From: Planctomycetota bacterium
Lineage (GTDB): Bacteria; Planctomycetota; UBA1135; UBA2386
Length of the DNA stretch: 64,000 bases
Direction of reading: 5' to 3'
Assembly (NCBI GenBank): GCA_965228735.1
Contig: OZ245838.1
Coordinates: 6,208,001 to 6,272,000, forward strand
Under the pieces are notes generated by a model. It was not told the DNA's origin. It saw only the letters and a list, made by a program, of their open reading frames with translations, and did not search any database. The position numbers and the translations under genes were made by a program. Below, in pieces: positions 38,401 through 46,374 of this stretch. The stretch's first letter is position 1, and every line of letters begins with the position of its first letter.

Positions 38401-39237
38401 CTCGACTGCCGCGCGGCGAGCCAGCGTCTGCGGGCCGTCGCCGAGGAGCTGCGGCGCGCGGGTGATCTCGCGGACGCCAGCGTCACGCGTGTCGAGGGGT
38501 GGGCCACGGCCGTCGACCGACTCGGGGCCGCCGCGACCGGCATGGTCGCGGTCGCGGCCGGTGAAACGCGCACCGCGGGTCGGTGCGAGGCGTTCTTCAT
38601 GGCGCCGACCGAGACGACGGCGGGCAAGTTCGAGGAGTTCCGTGCGGCGGCCGCGGCGCTCGCGGAGGGCGCCGGATCGGACCGAGAGAAGCAGCACGCG
38701 GCCCTCGCCGCGCGCCTCGGCGACGCGACGCCGCCGGCGGCCGAGCTGCGCGCCGTTCTGCGGCCGCTCGGTCGGCAGAGCGAGGAGATGCCCGTGCAGG
38801 GCGTCTCGCAGTACGGGGCCGCGGCCTGCGCGGCGTGGTTCGGCCTCGCGTTGCCGACGCACGCCGAATGGGCGCTCGCGGCCTTCGGCGACGGTCAACC
38901 GCACGACTACCCGTGGGGCGGCCGCGAGTATCGCCCGGTCAACCGATCGCTGATGGCCGCCGGCGACGGCGGCGAATCGTGGCGACCGGGCGGTGAGCCG
39001 CGTCATCTCGCGGGCAACGTCGCCGAGTGGCTCGCGCGCACGCCGGGCAGCGACGTCGGCGCGCTCGCCGGCGGGCGCTACAACGACGTGGCGGGCGACC
39101 AGCGGCGCCGCGCGGCCGGCGCGACTCACGACACCGCGCTGCAGAAGGGGCTGCCCGGCTTCGGCTTCCGCATGGTGCTGCGGCCGCGCGATCACCTCGC
39201 GCCGCAGTTCGCCGGCGGCCAATTCCCGAAGCTGTAG
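35419..39237 (+). CDS. Large membrane Ser/Thr kinase with helical stalk and C-terminal FGE/SUMF1-like domain
   Basis: GRGAMG, HRDIKPDN, DFG, GTPLYMSPE, TM; LPT.AEW..AA, YPWG, GNVAEW, GFR. Confidence 0.92.
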   Translation: MTSKDPFDKTRRMPDGDGQNDKGQNDKGQNEKGQNEKGQIENGPTAADDGIDRTVPAGERPQPAREGDGEIDATVPSRPQPIEPEATIPTGDQGNAPPPGSDTIADPAAPRNAGDPLIGTELGGCKLEALLGRGAMGAVYRARQVRLNREVAVKVMRPELLSDKRMLERFESEARVVAQFQSPHVVMVHDVGFEHGVHFLVMELVRGKNLREYTRLLAGGRLPVSEALPLLRQACKGLEEAQRQGIIHRDIKPDNLMLTERGELKIADFGIAKPESDDLGLTMTQELIGTPLYMSPEQCQGVRDIDFRSDMYSLGATFYYLLTGEPPVRASSVYELIQTKTRIENLCLWEALPELDEDHPLSRVVARMTALDREDRYDDYEDLASDLLLVQQGRTMEIKRPPSQRRSASPKGGTKTTRMRAAEPAERKGSGLVIALVVILLLGGGGGGYWFWQQQQKSQQDDGNERQAQNAQKATGDSTGDGTASETPEPVAPAVALAGFRDSLRTDGPSVELKAAVADLAAEGEDAAARDALVATIDEGLAIQAALAAIEVPAALALPFDDLEAHLQRVDSAFDLADDADPALRSWAEGALAASRAEAELAKLTGAALTSAFSEWGKRRTAAGKDAAELARLGPQLEAIRTARSRALGLLPGQADAIASRLSREAIATAAADLKLPEPSVDIAARLAELRADFDERGPLDSIRTDVRQLEPVASADVAARSALLNAIGEASTMKENAGNILGAFPSDPKLPFKDDVEAFFDRIDVVLNPAGKPVAELPAWIGRERSALRRVDTLRPKVVAACDRAWGQWQLARKQRGADPARLEMQLTELRDGLERARRLFPKAQQELDAIVNDRGIAEASASLAEASARAGMLTAVTAIATEVKGIDSLTAWRSGGEALAGRVADLANQLEEAGADAAAQRELGSARDALAEWSAAATRIQVVADHLGAGDLSAALAAVADRFTGTAGRAEFEAFAVATKGCRDAFRGLLEDLDCRAASQRLRAVAEELRRAGDLADASVTRVEGWATAVDRLGAAATGMVAVAAGETRTAGRCEAFFMAPTETTAGKFEEFRAAAAALAEGAGSDREKQHAALAARLGDATPPAAELRAVLRPLGRQSEEMPVQGVSQYGAAACAAWFGLALPTHAEWALAAFGDGQPHDYPWGGREYRPVNRSLMAAGDGGESWRPGGEPRHLAGNVAEWLARTPGSDVGALAGGRYNDVAGDQRRRAAGATHDTALQKGLPGFGFRMVLRPRDHLAPQFAGGQFPKL
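35470..35541 (+). repeat. In-frame 15-bp tandem repeat (GQNDK/GQNEK, about x5)
   Basis: ggccagaacgacaag x2, ggccagaacgagaag x2, ggccagatcgag. Confidence 0.9.
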
Positions 39238-39318
39238 CTCCCGCAGCCGTAGCTTCGCGGCTGCGACTTCGTCGCTGGAGCGGGCGCGCTGCCAGTGGTG
39301 TGGCGTCCGCGCTCGAGC

Positions 39319-39789
39319 TCAGTACTTGCGTTCGAGGATGAACAGCACGTTCGGCGCGTCGGTCACGCGCAGACGTCGCGTGCCGGCGACGAACGTGGTC
39401 GCCTCGGTGGACTCGGTGCGCGACTTCGGCATCGCGTCGACCTCGCCGGTGCTCTCGTTCTTGCGGACCGCGGCGCAGATGATCGACACCTCGGGCGTCT
39501 CGAACGTGATGTCGATCGCGACCTGGTCGTCGCCCGCGACGTTCACGACCCGCTGGTTGGTCGCCGCGCCGTCCCAGTCGTCGCCGATGACGACGAGGCA
39601 GGGCACCGGCTTCTCGTCCGTGTCGATCGCGTCGATGTAGAACGTCTGCTTCGGTGCGCCCGCGCAGGCCGTGAGTAGCGCGAGGCCGGCCACGCTGGCC
39701 CAGCGGCCAGAACGCCGGGAGCGGCCAGAACGCCGGGAGCGGCCAGAACGTCGAGAGGGAAACGAGGGGGTGCTTGCCGTGGTGGTCAT
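39319..39789 (-). CDS. Hypothetical lipoprotein
   Basis: Lipobox LTAC; N-terminal RRSGRS x3 from an 18-bp repeat. Confidence 0.7.
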   Translation of the reverse strand: MTTTASTPSFPSRRSGRSRRSGRSRRSGRWASVAGLALLTACAGAPKQTFYIDAIDTDEKPVPCLVVIGDDWDGAATNQRVVNVAGDDQVAIDITFETPEVSIICAAVRKNESTGEVDAMPKSRTESTEATTFVAGTRRLRVTDAPNVLFILERKY

Positions 39790-39790
39790 C

Positions 39791-40096
39791 TCAGCGCTCC
39801 TGCTCGAGGATCAGTTCGATCTGCTGGAACTCGCTGATGTGCTTGGCGAGTCGATCCGGCGTCCAGATTTCGAAGTGCGGCCGGCAGCCGTAGGCGGTCG
39901 CCTGCAGCACGGCACGTGGGTGCTTGCTGAAGTCGAAGTCGTAGACGCGCTTGCCCGTCCCCTGCTTCTTGCCGTTGATGTAGATCGACGTCTGCTTGGG
40001 GTCGACGACGATGCCGACCTTGGTCGTGGACGAACAGCCCGCGAGTGCGGTGCAGGTCGCGGCCAGGGCGAGAGTGAGGCGGGGGCGTTGCGGCAT
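39791..40096 (-). CDS. Hypothetical lipoprotein, PEGA-like
   Basis: Lipobox LAGC; DP...IYING...G pattern. Confidence 0.7.
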   Translation of the reverse strand: MPQRPRLTLALAATCTALAGCSSTTKVGIVVDPKQTSIYINGKKQGTGKRVYDFDFSKHPRAVLQATAYGCRPHFEIWTPDRLAKHISEFQQIELILEQER

Positions 40097-40214
40097 GACT
40101 GGTCTCAAGGAGGGGCCGCGACGATAGGTGCCGCGGATCGCGATTTCCAACTCTGGGGTCCGCTATGCTCCCGGCCTACCTCCGCCTGCCGTGACCCACT
40201 TCGTTCCCTCTGCG

Positions 40215-41444
40215 ATGCCCGACGAAGGGCTCGGTGTACTGCTCCTGATCCGCATCGTCGAGCAGAACACGCCGCAGTTCTTCCGCCCCGACCGCGCGAT
40301 CCACGTGGCCCGCGCGCCGGGCCGATTGCCCGTGATCGGCGGGCTCGCGACCGGCGAATCGACGGCGGGCAGCGAGCCCGGCGAAACCGGACCGGTCGCG
40401 GTGCATCTGCCGACCGCGGAGGCCGCGTGCGTGGCGGTGCAGCGCCGCGACGACGAGTTCATGCGCGTGTGGTCGCCGGCCCAGGACGACTCGCGCACGG
40501 ATCGGTTGTCCGTCCGCCTGCAGGACCTCGGCCTGCCGAACTCGCCGATCGACTACGACGAGGCCCGGGCGTTCCTCTGGGCCGCGCCGCGCGACCGCTG
40601 GATCGCGCACGTGCTCGGCGGGGTCGTCGCCCTGGCGCGGGAGCTCGGCCACGAACTGCCGGCCGGCTTCGAGATGCTCGTCACGAGCGACATCCCGGAG
40701 GGCCGCGGTGCCGGGTCGTCGAGCGCGCTGCAGATCGCGGCGCTGCGGGCGATCGCGGCGGCGTTCGAGTACCGGCTCACGGACGACGACGTCACCGCGC
40801 TCGCGCAGCGCATCGATCGTGACATCGTGCACGCCCCGACGAGCGCCGGCACGCTCTCCGCGCTCGTGCACGCCCGCGCGGGCCAGCTGGCCGTGAGCCG
40901 CGGGGAGCGCGTGACCGGCGCGCGGCACGTCGAAGTGCCGGCGGACCTCGAGTTCGTCGGCCTCGAGCTCGGCCTCGATTCCGGTCTCGATTCCGGCCTC
41001 GATTCCGGATTTGGGCCGGCCGCCGCGGCCGAGCCCGTCAGTGCGGCCGAGGCGGCTGCCGAGTCCGAGCGCGCAGCGCGCTTCGTCGAACTGCTCGGTC
41101 AACCGCTCGAGTCGACGACCCGACAGGAGCTCGGTGATCTGCTGTTCGCCTCCCACGATTGCCGAGACCGGGGCCGCGGCCAGAGCAGTGATCGGGAGCT
41201 CGGCCGCTTCGTCGTCGACTTCGCGCGCGAACGGCGGGCGGCCGGCGCGCCGCTGATCGGCGCGACCATGGCCGGGCGCGGGGCGATCGTCGTGCTCGGC
41301 GATCAGACCAAGGCGTGGTACGAAGCGTTGCGGCTGAAGAAGGCGCTGCGCGAGAAGACCGGGCACTCGGGTCACGTGTTCCGCTACTCGTCGCCGGGTG
41401 CGGCCGCCTTCGGCGGCATTCGGCTCGACCCCGTCGGCAGCTGA
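40215..41444 (+). CDS. Galactokinase/arabinokinase-like GHMP protein, degenerate
   Basis: ARAPGRL..IGG, SDIPEGRGAGSSSAL, LG.L...SH; start uncertain. Confidence 0.7.
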   Translation: MPDEGLGVLLLIRIVEQNTPQFFRPDRAIHVARAPGRLPVIGGLATGESTAGSEPGETGPVAVHLPTAEAACVAVQRRDDEFMRVWSPAQDDSRTDRLSVRLQDLGLPNSPIDYDEARAFLWAAPRDRWIAHVLGGVVALARELGHELPAGFEMLVTSDIPEGRGAGSSSALQIAALRAIAAAFEYRLTDDDVTALAQRIDRDIVHAPTSAGTLSALVHARAGQLAVSRGERVTGARHVEVPADLEFVGLELGLDSGLDSGLDSGFGPAAAAEPVSAAEAAAESERAARFVELLGQPLESTTRQELGDLLFASHDCRDRGRGQSSDRELGRFVVDFARERRAAGAPLIGATMAGRGAIVVLGDQTKAWYEALRLKKALREKTGHSGHVFRYSSPGAAAFGGIRLDPVGS

Positions 41445-41673
41445 CGAGCGCGAGAGCCGTCGCGAAACCGCGCCGGGATCAGGCGTTCGCCGGGCGCTCG
41501 AGAATGCCCCGACTTCGATGTCGTCGAAGTTTGCGAGAAGTCCTGGGGCGGGCCCTCGGGGCCGGGTCGGAGCCGCCCACGGCATCGGCGGAACCGGACC
41601 GTGGAGCGTCACCGGGGCCGTGGTGGAACGCGACCCCTGCCCTCGCCCGGCCGGTGTCCTACACTTCTGCGGT

Positions 41674-43314
41674 ATGTCCGCCCTCGTGCGAATCGCCGCG
41701 GTCCTGACGTTGCTCGCCGGCTCGGCGCTGGGGCAGGTCTTCCCGCCCGTGCCCGAACCCGCGGGCAATCCGACCACGCCGGCCAAGGCGCTGCTCGGCA
41801 AGGCGCTGTTCTGGGATGAGCAGCTGTCGTCGACGCGGACGGTCGCGTGCGGCACGTGCCACCGGTGGGACGCCGGCGGCAGCGATCCGCGCGTCACCTC
41901 GACGAACCCGGGGCCCGACGGGCTCTATGGCACGGCCGACGACATCATCGGCTCGTTCGGCGTCGTGCGGCAGGACGCGACCGGCAGCTTCGTCGCCGAT
42001 CCCGTGTTCGGCGTGCGGCGGCAGGTCACACGGCGGCGTGCCCCGTCCCCGATCAACGCGGGCTACCTCAGCGTGCTGTTCTGGGACGGTCGCGCGGATG
42101 ATGTCTATCGCGATCCCGAGACCAACCAGGTCGTGCTGCCGTCCGGTGCCGCGCTCGAGCACCAGGCTGCCGGGCCGCCGGTCAACGACGGCGAGATGGG
42201 CCACATCGGCCGGTCGTGGACCGACATCGCGCAGGACCTGCCCAGCCTCACGCCGCTCGCGCTCGCGAGCAACATCCCCGCCGCGTTGTCGACGTTCATC
42301 GGCAGCTCGAACTACGCGCAGCTGTTCCAGCAGGTCTACGGTTCGCCCGGCGTGACGCCGAATCGCATCATCTTCGCGATCGCGGCATACGAGCGGACAC
42401 TCGTGAGCGATCAGTCGCCGTTCGATCTCTGGCTCGCGGGGCAGGGGACCCTGACGCCGCAGGAGAACCAGGGACGGCAGACGTTCAACGCGCTCTGCAA
42501 GGTCTGCCACACGGACGTCGACAACGCGGTGCTGACCAACGGCCCGGTCCTCAACGACTTCCAGAACATCGGCGTGCGGCCGTTGAGTGACGATCGCGGG
42601 CGGTTCGAGGTGACGCAGGTCGTGCTCGACCAGGGCAAGTTCAAGACTCCGGGACTCCGGAACGTCGAACTGCGGGCGCCATACTTCCACAACGGCGGCA
42701 TGGCCACGCTCGCGGACGTGATGGACTTCTACGAACGCGGTGGTGACCACTTCGTCAACATCGCTCCGGAGATGTTCAACATCATCGGGGCGTTCGGTCC
42801 GTCGGCGCAGGCCGACGTCGAGGCGCTGATGCGGGCGCTCACCGATCCCCGCGTCGCGAACGGCCTGCCGCCGTTCGATCGCCCGACGCTCTGGAGCGAG
42901 ACGAGTGCCGTCCCGACGACGTTCGGCTTCGGCACCGCGGGTTCGGGCGGCATCGCACCGACCGCGATCGCGCTGCAGCCCGCGTTCCTCGGCAACCAGG
43001 GGCTGACGATCGGCGTCGACGCCACGGCGCCGGGGGCGTTCGCGTTCGTCGTCTGGGATCTGTTCAGCAACGCGTCGCCGACGAACGTCTTCGGCCACAA
43101 CGTCTACCTCGCGCAGTCGCCCGCGATGACGACGGCCGGTGTCGGCTTCACGCAGGGGAGCGGCACCGGCGGCGGCTTCGCTTCGACCACGCTCGGTCTG
43201 CCGGCCAACCCGGCGTTCGCGGGTGCGATCCTGTGGGGCCAGTGGCTCGTCGTCGATCCCGCGGGGCCCGTCGGGTTCTCGAGCTCGAATCCGTTCGGGC
43301 TGCCGCTCTTCTGA
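41674..43314 (+). CDS. Secreted di-heme cytochrome c peroxidase/MauG family protein with shared C-terminal domain
   Basis: ALG|Q signal; LGKALFWD..LS, CGTCH, FWDGRA, CKVCH, FKTPGLRNV, PYFHNG. Confidence 0.92.
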   Translation: MSALVRIAAVLTLLAGSALGQVFPPVPEPAGNPTTPAKALLGKALFWDEQLSSTRTVACGTCHRWDAGGSDPRVTSTNPGPDGLYGTADDIIGSFGVVRQDATGSFVADPVFGVRRQVTRRRAPSPINAGYLSVLFWDGRADDVYRDPETNQVVLPSGAALEHQAAGPPVNDGEMGHIGRSWTDIAQDLPSLTPLALASNIPAALSTFIGSSNYAQLFQQVYGSPGVTPNRIIFAIAAYERTLVSDQSPFDLWLAGQGTLTPQENQGRQTFNALCKVCHTDVDNAVLTNGPVLNDFQNIGVRPLSDDRGRFEVTQVVLDQGKFKTPGLRNVELRAPYFHNGGMATLADVMDFYERGGDHFVNIAPEMFNIIGAFGPSAQADVEALMRALTDPRVANGLPPFDRPTLWSETSAVPTTFGFGTAGSGGIAPTAIALQPAFLGNQGLTIGVDATAPGAFAFVVWDLFSNASPTNVFGHNVYLAQSPAMTTAGVGFTQGSGTGGGFASTTLGLPANPAFAGAILWGQWLVVDPAGPVGFSSSNPFGLPLF

Positions 43315-43336
43315 GAGCTGTCACCGACGCGCGGGT

Positions 43337-44506
43337 TCACGCCCGCTCGAGCAGCGTGACCGCCTCGACGTGCTCGGTGTGCGGGAAGAGGTCGCACAAG
43401 CGCACGGCGCGCACCCGGTAGTTCGGTACGAGCCGGGCCAGGTCGTTCGCGAGCGAGTCGAGCGCGCACGAAACGAGGAGCACGCGCTCGGGCATGCCGC
43501 CGAGGATCGCGGCCGCGCCGGCCTCTTCGAGGCCCTTGCGCGGCGGGTCGACGACGAGGACGTCGCACGGTGGCAGGGCGCCGTTGCCGAACCGTTCTTC
43601 GACGACGCAGTCTTCGTCCTGGCCGAGCGCGCCGAGGTTGTGGCGCGCGTCGGCGCATGCCGAGGGCGAGCTCTCGATCAGCGTCACGCGTTCGGCGCCC
43701 GCGCGCAGCAGGCGGGCGCCGAACGCGCCGACGCCGCCGTAGCCGTCGACGACGGTCGCGCCCGCGACGTCGCCGAGCATCGCGAGCGCCGGGCGGAACA
43801 GGATCGCGTCGCTGTAGCGGTTCTGCTGGTAGAAGCTCGTGAACGACACCCGCAACTCGAGTTCAGAGACGCGGTCGACCTGCCACGTGCGGCCGCGCGG
43901 CGCCGTGGTGTCCCGGCCGAGCAACGCGTTCCCGCGGTCGGCGTTGACGTTGATCGCGACGCCGACGGGCTGCAGCGGTCGGCCCTGATCGTCGCGCAGG
44001 TTCTGCGCGGCCCGCCACAGGCCTTCGGCGAGGCGTTCTCTTTCGGGAAAGTCGCGTCGCGTGACGACGACCCCGAGCAGCAGCTCGCCCGTGCCCGGCA
44101 TCACGCGCGCGCGGAATGCGCGGACGATGCCGGCGTGCCGATCTTCGTCGTACGGTGCGACCCGGACGTCCTGCAGGACCGCGCCGGCCCGCACGCCGAG
44201 CTCCGTGAGCGCCTTGTGCTGGATCCGGCAGTCCGTGATCTCCTCGATCACGTGGCTGCCGCGCCGGTAGATCCCGAGCGCCGGCTCGCGATTCCGCCCG
44301 CGCGGCTGGACGGGGTAGAGGATCGAGGTCCGGTCGTGTCGCGGCGGCCGCGGCGGTAGCGCGATTTCGGGCTCGAGGCCCGCATCGGCGAGGAACGGCC
44401 GCAACAAATCCCGGGCCCGGGCCCGCTTTGCTGCGAGTTGTTCGCCGATGTCGACGTCGAGCGCCGAACAGCCCCCGCAACGACCAAAGTGCTGACAGTG
44501 CAGCAT
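43337..44506 (-). CDS. RlmD/TrmA-family RNA m5U methyltransferase
   Basis: CQHFGRCGGC Fe-S motif, SFYQQN, VDPPRKG, VSC, DLFPHTEHVE. Confidence 0.9.
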   Translation of the reverse strand: MLHCQHFGRCGGCSALDVDIGEQLAAKRARARDLLRPFLADAGLEPEIALPPRPPRHDRTSILYPVQPRGRNREPALGIYRRGSHVIEEITDCRIQHKALTELGVRAGAVLQDVRVAPYDEDRHAGIVRAFRARVMPGTGELLLGVVVTRRDFPERERLAEGLWRAAQNLRDDQGRPLQPVGVAINVNADRGNALLGRDTTAPRGRTWQVDRVSELELRVSFTSFYQQNRYSDAILFRPALAMLGDVAGATVVDGYGGVGAFGARLLRAGAERVTLIESSPSACADARHNLGALGQDEDCVVEERFGNGALPPCDVLVVDPPRKGLEEAGAAAILGGMPERVLLVSCALDSLANDLARLVPNYRVRAVRLCDLFPHTEHVEAVTLLERA

Positions 44507-44535
44507 GGGTGGCAGGCTACTACAATGACCCCGCG

Positions 44536-46374
44536 GTGAGCGAACGAGCTGACAACCCGAATCCACAACCTGCCGGTGGCGGCGCCAGTGGCGCCGCCGA
44601 TTGGGAGGCGTTCTACCGCAGCTACCGCAAGCCGGGCTACGTCCCGGGGTTCGAGATCACGATGAAGCTCGGTGGCGGCGCCTGCGGACTCGTGTTCAAG
44701 GCCCGCAAGGAATCGATCGGCAAGGACTACGCGATCAAGTTCCTGCAGGTCGACGACACGGCCGTGCGCGAGGCCGTGTTCCGTGAGCTCGATCAGGTGC
44801 GCTACTTCGCCCAGATCGACCACCCCAACCTCGTGCAGATCGAGGACCGCGGCGAGGTCGACGGCATCCCGTATCTCGTGATGCAGTACGCGGGCAGCGA
44901 GACGCTGCGCGATCGGGTGACCGACGGCGGCCCCGCCGGTCCGGCCGAACGGGACGAGGTCCTGCAGCTGTTCTTGCAGGTCTGCCGCGGCGTCGCGGCG
45001 CTGCACGAACGCGCGCTCGTGCACTTCGACCTCAAACCGGCCAACGTATTCCTCAAGGGCTCGGTCGCGCGCGTCGGCGACTACGGCCTGAGCAAGCTGG
45101 TCTCGCATTCGCGCGGCAGCCTGTCGATGGGGCGCGGCACGCCCTACTACATGGCGCCCGAGATCCTGCAGCGGCGCGGCGATCAGCGCAGCGACATCTA
45201 CTCGCTCGGCGTCATGCTCTACGAGCTGCTCACGGGGAACGTGCCGTTCCGCGGGGACAGCGAGTGGGAGGTGCTGCACCAGCACGAGAACGTCGAGCCG
45301 GAGTGGCCGGCGCACCTGCGGCCGGCCGACCGCGCCGTTCTGCGGCGGTGTTTGAGCAAGGCGCCGAGTGCGCGGTTCGAGTCGGTCGAGCAACTCATCA
45401 CGGCACTGGCGCAGGGGCGTGCGCCAGCCGGTATCGCAGCGGCCGAGCGACGCGTCGTGCCGCCACCGTTGCCGAGCGCTCGCGGTCGGTCCGTGCCGGT
45501 GCCGCCGCCGTTGCCGACGGCCGCGGCCACAGCGTCCGCTGGCCCGGTGCCCCCGCCTCCGCCCTCGGCCTCGCCCTCTGGCACGACACCGGCCAGCGGG
45601 CCGGAGTGGCGGCGGGCGCCGGCTTCGATCCAGCCGCCGCCGCCGCCGGCCGACGCCGCCAGCGCGGGACTGCAGCCGCCGCCGTTGCCGAAGCGGAGCA
45701 GCCGGCGCCGCAGCTCGAACCGCCGCGGCAGTCCGTTCGCGATCCTCGTGCCGCTGTTGTTGGTCGTGGTCGGTGCCTTCCTGTTCGTCGCGAACCGGGC
45801 CGCCGATCGCCCACACGCATCTTCGGTGCGCTCGGCGCAGAACTACGTCCTTGCCGAGCACGGCGACGGCTCGGCGCGCGGCGGCCACATCAAGTCGCGG
45901 CTCGACTCGTTCGTGAAGCGGGCGCGGCAGCGCGTGCGTTCGGCCGAGCGGCGCCGGCGGTCCGCGGACCTGCAGGGGCTGCCGTGGCAGCAGCTCGGCG
46001 CCCCCGGCAACATGCCCGTCTACATGAGCATGGTCGAGCGCATCGCCGAGGCGCCGCGGTTCTCCACCGGTCATGCGCTGCGACTCGAACGCGAAGGCCG
46101 GCCGATCTTCCTCGCAGCGGTCGCGATGCTGCAGGAATACGACTACGGCGACGGGGAGGACTGTCGGCGCGCGTCGCACACGACGGAGCTGCTCGTGCAC
46201 CTCACTGGCCTGAGCGGGTTGCGCATCCAGTGGGACGCGTTCGAGCCAGAACGCGCCGAGACGTGCCGCTTCGCCGCCGTCGCGGACGCGTGGCGCGAGC
46301 TGGCCGAGGAGTTCGCGGCCTCGGATGACGCCTACCGTCGGTTGCGCGCCGCCGGGGGGCGCGGGCGTGGCTGA
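44536..46374 (+). CDS. Membrane Ser/Thr protein kinase, paralog 2
   Basis: GGGACG, HFDLKPAN, DYG, GTPYYMAPE; Pro-rich linker; TM; GTG start. Confidence 0.92.
   Translation: MSERADNPNPQPAGGGASGAADWEAFYRSYRKPGYVPGFEITMKLGGGACGLVFKARKESIGKDYAIKFLQVDDTAVREAVFRELDQVRYFAQIDHPNLVQIEDRGEVDGIPYLVMQYAGSETLRDRVTDGGPAGPAERDEVLQLFLQVCRGVAALHERALVHFDLKPANVFLKGSVARVGDYGLSKLVSHSRGSLSMGRGTPYYMAPEILQRRGDQRSDIYSLGVMLYELLTGNVPFRGDSEWEVLHQHENVEPEWPAHLRPADRAVLRRCLSKAPSARFESVEQLITALAQGRAPAGIAAAERRVVPPPLPSARGRSVPVPPPLPTAAATASAGPVPPPPPSASPSGTTPASGPEWRRAPASIQPPPPPADAASAGLQPPPLPKRSSRRRSSNRRGSPFAILVPLLLVVVGAFLFVANRAADRPHASSVRSAQNYVLAEHGDGSARGGHIKSRLDSFVKRARQRVRSAERRRRSADLQGLPWQQLGAPGNMPVYMSMVERIAEAPRFSTGHALRLEREGRPIFLAAVAMLQEYDYGDGEDCRRASHTTELLVHLTGLSGLRIQWDAFEPERAETCRFAAVADAWRELAEEFAASDDAYRRLRAAGGRGRG

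Noticed and set aside
28540..45410. Diversity-generating retroelement TR/VR pair formed by the two kinase copies
   Set aside because: The differences I inspected are mostly synonymous and not adenine-specific, both copies are intact genes, and there is no reverse transcriptase.
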